DNA of 16,449 nucleotides from an uncultured Fibrobacterota bacterium (lineage in GTDB: Bacteria; Fibrobacterota; Chitinivibrionia; Chitinivibrionales; FEN-1185). The position numbers and the translations under genes are program-made. A model generated the notes under the pieces. That model saw only the letters and a list, made by a program, of their open reading frames with translations, had not been told where the DNA came from and searched no databases. Location of the stretch: the NCBI GenBank assembly GCA_963753345.1, contig CAVWBU010000007.1, positions 1 through 16,449 of the forward strand, in the 5' to 3' direction. Below, one piece after another: positions 1-5,875 of this stretch (position 1 is its first letter; every line of letters begins with the position of its first letter).

Positions 1-80
1 CAGCTCTCATAAGTCAAATTGTAACATTGGCGGCACCCAAAGTAAAGCGCGCAATTAGGAAAACACAATATTTCAAAAGG

Positions 81-150
81 GAATTGTCTCGTGGGTGTTT
101 TTGTCAGGCGGAAGGATTTCCAAAGGAGAATATTATTCCCACTCAATTGT
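81..150 (-). repeat. Direct repeat copy 1 (att-like): last 18 nt of guaA plus 52 nt downstream
   Basis: 66/70 identical to 948-1017; 104-150 is exactly identical to 971-1017; includes the reverse complement of ACAATTGAGTGGGAATAA (TIEWE-stop). Confidence 0.95.
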
Positions 151-162
151 TCAAAGATACCT

Positions 163-175
163 TAAGCACTTGATT
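163..175 (-). promoter_or_regulatory. IHF-binding consensus site
   Basis: Reverse complement AATCAAGTGCTTA matches WATCAANNNNTTR exactly, 12 bp from the att-like repeat. Confidence 0.6.
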
Positions 176-256
176 TACAGGGTGAAGGTTTTGAGTGAGT
201 AACAATGGGGTAACAAAAAGTGTGTTTGTAGGCAGGTTATCAGAAAATAACCGGTT

Positions 257-709
257 CTATTTCTTAACCCTTTTTAGCTCATCAATATCAAGTATGTCAC
301 GGGGCCTGCCTGAAGCTTTTTTATTCTTAAGCAAATCAGACCTCGACAAATAGTAAATATCGGTTCCCCCGTACCTTCCGGTGATTCGATTTTTCCAAGC
401 CGTTTTAAACGAAACTCCACTTATCGCATTGATAAGTTCAATCATGACTGGAGCAACACCCATTCGAATAATCTTTCCCTGTTCAGAAAAGGCAACATCG
501 GTCAGACTGTCGGCAGGGAAACCGAATTCATTGAGAACACCCTTAAGACGTTGAATGTTTATCTTTGAATTATTGAAGAGAATATCAATGTCTTTTGTGG
601 CCCGGACATAGCCATGGAAGGCAACGGCATATCCGCCGACTACGACATACTCAACGCTTCTTTTGTGGAGTAACTTCAAGAACTCTTCGAAGTCTTTTTG
701 GATATTCAT
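257..709 (-). CDS. Nucleotidyltransferase-fold protein (DUF6036/AbiEii-like), 150 aa
   Basis: Motif VVVGGYAVAFHGYVRATKDIDI (GG..A..R.T.D.D) and C-terminal KKASGRPRDILDI, typical of this small NTase family. Confidence 0.8.
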   Translation of the reverse strand: MNIQKDFEEFLKLLHKRSVEYVVVGGYAVAFHGYVRATKDIDILFNNSKINIQRLKGVLNEFGFPADSLTDVAFSEQGKIIRMGVAPVMIELINAISGVSFKTAWKNRITGRYGGTDIYYLSRSDLLKNKKASGRPRDILDIDELKRVKK

Positions 710-848
710 TGTTCCGAACCTTTGCCATATCCCGGCGAATGTACTCTAAAAGAGAAACCCGCTGGTCTCCGGTCATGTGTTCAGTAAGACGCGCCCCATT
801 CAAGCCATCATTCATTTTACCAACCGAGAGTATTCTTTGCAGTTTCAT
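651..848 (-). CDS. Small 65-aa protein upstream of and overlapping the nucleotidyltransferase (possible partner/antitoxin)
   Basis: Lies directly downstream of a consensus promoter and overlaps the NTase start by 59 nt; basic C-terminus YPKRLRRVLEV. The partner role is inference. Confidence 0.6.
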   Translation of the reverse strand: MKLQRILSVGKMNDGLNGARLTEHMTGDQRVSLLEYIRRDMAKVRNNEYPKRLRRVLEVTPQKKR

Positions 849-886
849 TTGAAACCCATCCTGCCCTCCATTTTCCTTTCAGATAA

Positions 887-915
887 ATTATATCTGTGCA
901 AAGTCATTTGGGCAA
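887..915 (-). promoter_or_regulatory. Sigma70-type promoter for the small ORF-NTase pair
   Basis: Minus strand reads TTGCCC-17 nt-TATAAT (-35 at 910-915, -10 at 887-892). Confidence 0.7.
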
Positions 916-947
916 TTCCTTTCTTGGGCGGAGGAATAGGGAAAAAT

Positions 948-1017
948 GAATTGTCTCACGCGTGTTTTTATCAGGCGGAAGGATTTCCAAAGGAGAATAT
1001 TATTCCCACTCAATTGT
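948..1017 (-). repeat. Direct repeat copy 2 (att-like), overlapping the guaA stop
   Basis: 66/70 identity with 81-150; contains the guaA stop codon at 1000-1002. Confidence 0.95.
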
Positions 1018-2793
1018 CGCCGGCGGCTTGTGCGTCACATCATAGAAAACATCTCCCAATCCGTCAATCTTCTTCGATTCGTCAAGAATATACCCCAGGG
1101 TCTCATCCTTCAATCGCGCGAACCTCGCGGTCATCGCTTCCTGAGACAAAATGGGCCTCAGCACCGCGCACGGGCGACCCTGTTTGTTGACAAGAGGCAA
1201 AAGCACGACCGGCATCTGCCACACAATGCCGTATTCGCCGAATTGGTGCAACGCGTCGGTGACGATTCTGTCGAAGGCCCGGAGCAGGTCGAGCCGCTCC
1301 CGGGTGACGTATGCCTTGACAAGCCGGTACTCCGGCCCGCTGTCGATCCGCAGGCCGAACACCACCCTGTTGACGCCGCGCACCCTGTTGGTGATCGCGG
1401 TCGAAACGCCCTCGAGCCGGTCCCAGTCCTTGGGGCCGGTCACCAGCGCGGGGTGCGCGTAGGTGCGCGAGTCGCCCTGCACGCCTACGCTGCGCAGCGG
1501 CAGGACCTGCGCCGCGTACCCGGCCTCCTTCGCAATTGCCGCAACGGCCGAGGACGCCGCATTGTCAACCGCGAATTCTTTGCCGTCCGAGCACAGCAGC
1601 CGAACGCCCAGGCCCGGGCCGGGGAAGGGATGGCGCCACACGAGAGCGTCAGGAAGTCCGAGCGCCTTGCCGAGGTCCCTTACTTCGTCTTTGTAAAGCA
1701 GGGCCAGCGGCTCGACGATTTCCCCTTTTTCAAGCAGCTCCATCACCGCGTCGACACGGTTGTGGTGCGTCTTGATGCGCTCCGCATGTTTGGTGCCCGC
1801 GCTTTCGATGGTGTCGGGGTAAATGGTGCCCTGACCCAAAATCCATTCGGCGGGATTCAGGCCCAAATCCCGCAGCGCCTGCTCCTGCACCCGGATGAAC
1901 ACGGTGCCGATGATCCGCCGCTTTTCCTCGGGATCCGCAACATTTTTAAGGGCGGCGAGGAACGTGTCCGATGCGTCGACGATGTGCAGGTTGGCAAACC
2001 CGCCGGCCTTCAGGTAATCGAGAATAGCGCCGGACTCCCCGTGCCGCATAAGGCCGTTGTCTATGTGCAAGCCCACGACATTTTTCTCGCCAAGCACACT
2101 GTTGAGGAGCGCGAAGGCCACTGTCGAATCAACGCCGCCGGACACGAGGAGAAACACTTTTCTTGCACCGCATTTCTTCTTGATTTCGTCGCCTGTCGCG
2201 CGCAAGAACGTCTGCGTGTTCCAGTCGCGCGAGCAGTTGCACAGCGCAATAAAATTGCCAAGGATGGTCATGCCGTGCGGGGTGTCGGTGACTTCGGGGT
2301 GAAACTGCAGGCCGTACATGCGGGTTGCCTCGTTGCCCATGGCTGCCGCCGTGCATCCGGACGTGGAACCCAGCACCTCGAACCCCGGCGGAAGGGCTTC
2401 CACCGCGTCGCCGTGGCTCATCCAGATCTGTTCGCGTTTTGAAAGGCCAGTAAGCAGCGGACTTTGCTTGACAAAGTCTATCTGGGCCGTACCGTATTCG
2501 CGGTACTTTCCGGCAACCACCTTTCCGCCGAGCGATTGCGCCATGAGCTGGTGGCCGTAGCACAGGCCGAGCACCGGAATCCCAAGGCCAAGCACGCCGG
2601 CGTCGAATCCCGGCCGGTCGGCGTCGAGCACGCTGTGGGGCCCTCCGGACAGGATGATGCCCTTGAACCGCCCGAATTGCGAAGCGGGAACATCGCTTTG
2701 CACGATTTCCGAGTACACGCCGAGACGCCTGATCCGGTTTGCAATCAGGTGCGTGTACTGTCCGCCGAAATCAAGAATCGCGATGGCGTCCAT
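1000..2793 (-). CDS. guaA: Glutamine-hydrolyzing GMP synthase (long form, 597 aa)
   Basis: ILDFGGQYTHLIA start, GLCYGHQ catalytic Cys, QFHPEV, PP-loop SGGVDS, IKTHHN, RHPFPGPGL, C-terminal KPPATIEWE. Confidence 0.98.
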   Translation of the reverse strand: MDAIAILDFGGQYTHLIANRIRRLGVYSEIVQSDVPASQFGRFKGIILSGGPHSVLDADRPGFDAGVLGLGIPVLGLCYGHQLMAQSLGGKVVAGKYREYGTAQIDFVKQSPLLTGLSKREQIWMSHGDAVEALPPGFEVLGSTSGCTAAAMGNEATRMYGLQFHPEVTDTPHGMTILGNFIALCNCSRDWNTQTFLRATGDEIKKKCGARKVFLLVSGGVDSTVAFALLNSVLGEKNVVGLHIDNGLMRHGESGAILDYLKAGGFANLHIVDASDTFLAALKNVADPEEKRRIIGTVFIRVQEQALRDLGLNPAEWILGQGTIYPDTIESAGTKHAERIKTHHNRVDAVMELLEKGEIVEPLALLYKDEVRDLGKALGLPDALVWRHPFPGPGLGVRLLCSDGKEFAVDNAASSAVAAIAKEAGYAAQVLPLRSVGVQGDSRTYAHPALVTGPKDWDRLEGVSTAITNRVRGVNRVVFGLRIDSGPEYRLVKAYVTRERLDLLRAFDRIVTDALHQFGEYGIVWQMPVVLLPLVNKQGRPCAVLRPILSQEAMTARFARLKDETLGYILDESKKIDGLGDVFYDVTHKPPATIEWE

Positions 2794-2829
2794 AGGCGTT
2801 CAAAAATAATTGTTAGGCGACTGGCCTGC

Positions 2830-2858
2830 TTGTCTAAAGTGGAGGAATGATATATTTT
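2830..2858 (+). promoter_or_regulatory. Putative promoter of the tRNA-Gln/tRNA-Glu pair
   Basis: TTGTCT at 2830-2835 with TATTTT 17 nt later; also an extended -10 TGaTATATT at 2848-2856; ~15 nt upstream of tRNA-Gln. Confidence 0.45.
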
Positions 2859-2872
2859 GGTGGGCGCTTTAT

Positions 2873-2946
2873 TGGGGTGTCGTCCAATGGTAGGACTCTG
2901 GACTCTGGCTCCAGGTATTGAGGTTCGAATCCTTACACCCCAGCCA
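2873..2946 (+). tRNA. tRNA-Gln (anticodon CTG)
   Basis: Acceptor TGGGGTG/CACCCCA, anticodon arm CTGGA-CT-CTG-GC-TCCAG, T loop TTCGAAT, encoded CCA. Confidence 0.97.
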
Positions 2947-2953
2947 ATTCCAT

Positions 2954-3050
2954 TGTAGATTTTAGAATGTAGATTGTAGATTGTAGATTGAAAACACAAC
3001 AGAGCTTTCTCTGATAATTTAAATCTACATTCGTCATTCTACAATCTACA
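2954..3050. repeat. Inverted arrays of a 7-bp tandem repeat (TGTAGAT / ATCTACA)
   Basis: Five heptamer units at 2954-2988 (4 exact TGTAGAT) and four complementary units at 3023-3050 (2 exact ATCTACA). Confidence 0.85.
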
Positions 3051-3057
3051 TTTACCC

Positions 3058-3133
3058 GGCGCTATCGTCTAGTGGCCCAGGACAGGTGGTTCTCATCCAT
3101 CAAACCGGGGTTCGATTCCCCGTAGCGCTACCA
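3058..3133 (+). tRNA. tRNA-Glu (anticodon CTC)
   Basis: Acceptor GGCGCTA/TAGCGCT, anticodon arm GGTGG-TT-CTC-AT-CCATC, T loop TTCGATT, encoded CCA. Confidence 0.97.
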
Positions 3134-3140
3134 ATCAAAG

Positions 3141-3195
3141 ACCTCTCAAAACTGCCTTTCGCTTGAGCCAGGCGTTTTGAGGGGTTTTTATTTTT
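3141..3195 (+). terminator. Probable intrinsic terminator after tRNA-Glu
   Basis: Stem CTCTCAAAAC..GCCT / AGGC-GTTTTGAGGG followed by TTTTTATTTTT. Confidence 0.7.
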
Positions 3196-3464
3196 GGAAA
3201 AAGCCCAGGATTTTGCTCTTAACAAAGCAGAAAATGTATTGTCAGAATCTCCTTGTATACCTTCTTGACACCTTTGTATACTATTGACAGCCACAACACA
3301 TCAATTTCCGTAGACAGCTCTGGGCCTACAGACGGCATTTACCTGTCTGATGCGCTTCGAGCAAGCATCGTCCTCCAAGTGCCATTTTTAGGTTCCTTGC
3401 ACACAGTATCATGGAAAAAATTAATAGCACTCTTCAAACCTACGGAAATTGGAAGGAATTCAAA

Positions 3465-5534
3465 ATGAAAAGGGTAACAATTTGGTTTGCCATTAGCATA
3501 GTCTTCTTGTTTGCACCTTCATACACGGCAAATGCGCAATGGGTGCAGACGAATGGTCCTTTTGGCGGCAACGTGATGGCCTTGGCCACGAGCGGAAGCA
3601 ACATCTTTGCCGGTACTTACGGCGGTGTTTATTACTCCACAAATAACGGAGCAAGCTGGACGGCTATCAACAACGGGCTCACGAATCAACATGTCAACTC
3701 TCTTATCGCTAGTGAGAATAACATCTTTGCCGGAACTAATGATGGGATTTATTGCTCTACCAATAACGGAATAAGCTGGACAGCTATCAACAATGGGCTC
3801 ACTGATTCGGTAGTCTTGTCACTTGCCGTTATTGGCAACAAAATCTTTGCGGGGACTAATGGTGGTGGTGCTTTTCTCTCCACAAATAATGGGGCAAGCT
3901 GGACACCTGTCAATAGCGGCATCACTGATATGGTGGTCACTTCTCTTGCCGCAAGCGGCAGCAACATCTTTGCCGGCACTTATAGTAGTGGTGTTTTTGT
4001 CTCCACAAATAATGGGACAAGCTGGACGTTTTTGGATTGCGGTCTTATGTATGGGAGCGTATGGTCTTTAGCCGTCAGTGGCAGTAACATCTTTGCCGGG
4101 ACTAGTACCGGTGTCTATGCTTCCAATAATAATGGAGGAAGCTGGACAGCTGGTAAAAATGGTTTAACGAATATGTTTATCACTTCTCTAGCTGTTAGCA
4201 GTGGCAATATCTTTGCTGGGGGTTTTGGCTCTGGCATTTTTCTCTCCACAGATAATGGGGAAAGTTGGACAACTGTCAATAGCGGGCTCACAAATCAACA
4301 CGTCAATTCTCTTGCTGCGAGTGGCAGCAACATCTTTGCAGGGACTTATGGCGGTGTTTTTATCTCTACCAATAGTGGAGCAAGCTGGACGGCTATCAAC
4401 AACGGGCTCACGAATCAACATGTCAATTCTCTTATCGCTAGTGGGAATAACATCTTTGCCGGTTCTAGTTACGACGGTGTTTATCTCTCCACCAATAACG
4501 GTGCAAGCTGGACAGTAGTCAACAACGGCCTTAAGAGTCTCGATATTTATTCTTTAGCCGTGAGCGGGAATAATATCTTTGCCGGCATTAATGACCGTGG
4601 TGTGTTTCTCTCCACAGATACCGGGGCAAGCTGGACAGCCATCAACAACAGTCTCACTGATACAATGGTCTATTCTCTAGCCGCAAGCGATGGTATTATC
4701 TATGCCGGGACTACTGGTGGTGTTTATCTCTCAACTAATGTCGGGGCAAGCTGGAAAGCTGTCAATAGTGGCCTCACGAATTTAATAATCTTATCCATAG
4801 CAGTGAGCGGAAGAAACATCTTTGCTGGGACTTTTGGTAGCGGTGTTTTTCTCTCCGCAGATAGCGGTGCGAGCTGGAAAGCTGTGAACAACGGCCTAAC
4901 GAATCAGTTTGTCAATTCTCTAGCTATTGAAGGCGGCAACATCTTTGCTGGGACAAATGGGGGCATTTTCATCTCCACAGATAGTGGGGCAAATTGGAAT
5001 GCAGCTAAGAAAAACCTTGCTGATACCTTGGTCTACTCTCTTGTGGTATGCGGGAACAACATTTTTGCAGGAACAGATGGCGGCGTTTTTCTTTCCACAA
5101 ACAGCGGGGCAATCTGGACGGCTGTCAATAGCGGTCTCATGGATAGGTCGGTGTGGTCTTTGGCCGTGTGCGGCAACAACCTCTTTGCCGGGACTGAGGA
5201 CAATGGCGTCTGGCGCAGGCCGCTTTCCGAAATGCTTGGAGTCATCAACAATTCACAGAAAGACATTATCAAACAAGACAACATCATCGTGCGCTCTCCA
5301 ATCCATGGCGGCCATATCATGACGATCGAATTCTCTCTTTCCCATTCGAGCCATGCAATCGTAGCGATTTATGATCTGTCCGGTCATAAAGTAGCTTCTC
5401 TTTTCAACGCGAATCTCGAATCAGGCTTGCATAGCATATCATGGAACGCTCAAAATCTGTCGACAGGCTGTTATATCTTAAAATTACAGGCAGGGTCAAG
5501 AGTGCTTACAAGAAATTTTCCATTAGTTCGATAG
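3465..5534 (+). CDS. Secreted BNR/Asp-box repeat beta-propeller protein with C-terminal T9SS-type-A/FlgD-Ig-like domain (689 aa)
   Basis: Start moved to ATG 3465 (GGAAGGA upstream, signal peptide MKRVTIWF...ANA|QW). 13 S-x-[ND]-x-G-x-x-W boxes in ~40-aa repeats plus a closing blade; C-terminus IYDLSGHKVASL...ISWNAQNLSTGCYILKL. Confidence 0.85.
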   Translation: MKRVTIWFAISIVFLFAPSYTANAQWVQTNGPFGGNVMALATSGSNIFAGTYGGVYYSTNNGASWTAINNGLTNQHVNSLIASENNIFAGTNDGIYCSTNNGISWTAINNGLTDSVVLSLAVIGNKIFAGTNGGGAFLSTNNGASWTPVNSGITDMVVTSLAASGSNIFAGTYSSGVFVSTNNGTSWTFLDCGLMYGSVWSLAVSGSNIFAGTSTGVYASNNNGGSWTAGKNGLTNMFITSLAVSSGNIFAGGFGSGIFLSTDNGESWTTVNSGLTNQHVNSLAASGSNIFAGTYGGVFISTNSGASWTAINNGLTNQHVNSLIASGNNIFAGSSYDGVYLSTNNGASWTVVNNGLKSLDIYSLAVSGNNIFAGINDRGVFLSTDTGASWTAINNSLTDTMVYSLAASDGIIYAGTTGGVYLSTNVGASWKAVNSGLTNLIILSIAVSGRNIFAGTFGSGVFLSADSGASWKAVNNGLTNQFVNSLAIEGGNIFAGTNGGIFISTDSGANWNAAKKNLADTLVYSLVVCGNNIFAGTDGGVFLSTNSGAIWTAVNSGLMDRSVWSLAVCGNNLFAGTEDNGVWRRPLSEMLGVINNSQKDIIKQDNIIVRSPIHGGHIMTIEFSLSHSSHAIVAIYDLSGHKVASLFNANLESGLHSISWNAQNLSTGCYILKLQAGSRVLTRNFPLVR

Positions 5535-5571
5535 TATTTTTGTAATCCTCTTTTTTATTCTACCCCGAATA

Positions 5572-5601
5572 TTGACTTTCCGAACCGTACTGTGGTATTT
5601 T
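5572..5601 (+). promoter_or_regulatory. Putative promoter upstream of tRNA-Val/thrS
   Basis: TTGACT at 5572-5577 and TGgTATTTT (extended -10), 18-nt spacer. Confidence 0.4.
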
Positions 5602-5691
5602 GTACGATTGTCGTTCGGGAACCCTTTGAAGGGAAAATAGTTACATAGGCATCCGGAGCAATTTACTCCGCCCCGGGCAGCCGCACGGTCC

Positions 5692-5765
5692 GGGCGATTA
5701 GCTCAGATGGTTAGAGTGCTTGCTTGACATGCAAGAGGTCGTTGGTTCGATCCCAACATCGCCCA
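5692..5765 (+). tRNA. tRNA-Val (anticodon GAC), CCA not encoded
   Basis: Acceptor GGGCGAT/ATCGCCC, D arm GCTCAGATGGTTAGAGT, anticodon arm CTTGC-TT-GAC-AT-GCAAG, T loop TTCGATC. Confidence 0.96.
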
Positions 5766-5875
5766 TGTATCCCTGCTCCTCCACCGCTTTTACGGATCCC
5801 CCGGAAAAGTATTTGTAAAGGGAAGAGGAACACGTTTTAGCAAGCGCCCGGCTGCGCTTCAAGACAGGGAATCGA

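Larger units (their letters stand above)
81..1017. mobile_element. Minimal guaA-integrated islet bounded by 70-bp direct repeats, no integrase
   Basis: Direct repeats 867 bp apart, AT-richer interior, IHF-consensus site and arm-like repeats beside the left copy. The guaA 3' end is an established integration hotspot for tyrosine-integrase islands. Confidence 0.7.

Noticed and set aside
8-10. Possible ATG of a minus-strand gene leaving the window
   Set aside because: Only three codons are visible, so it cannot be supported.
946-2442. 498-aa plus-strand ORF and other ORFs overlapping guaA
   Set aside because: Antisense or alternative-frame shadows of a GC-rich gene, with no recognisable motifs.
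3253-3468. 71-aa ORF upstream of the propeller gene, and the track start at 3411 for the propeller
   Set aside because: No recognisable protein features or RBS. The signal peptide and SD support ATG 3465.
3560-5200. Periodic ~120-nt repeats as a CRISPR array or DGR template/variable pair
   Set aside because: The repeats are in-frame, degenerate protein-coding blades. There are no unique spacers, cas genes or reverse transcriptase, and the near-identical pair has only two mismatches.
3100-5700. tRNA-Glu-integrated island with a duplicated tRNA 3' end
   Set aside because: I found no second copy of the tRNA-Glu 3' end after the propeller gene and no integrase.
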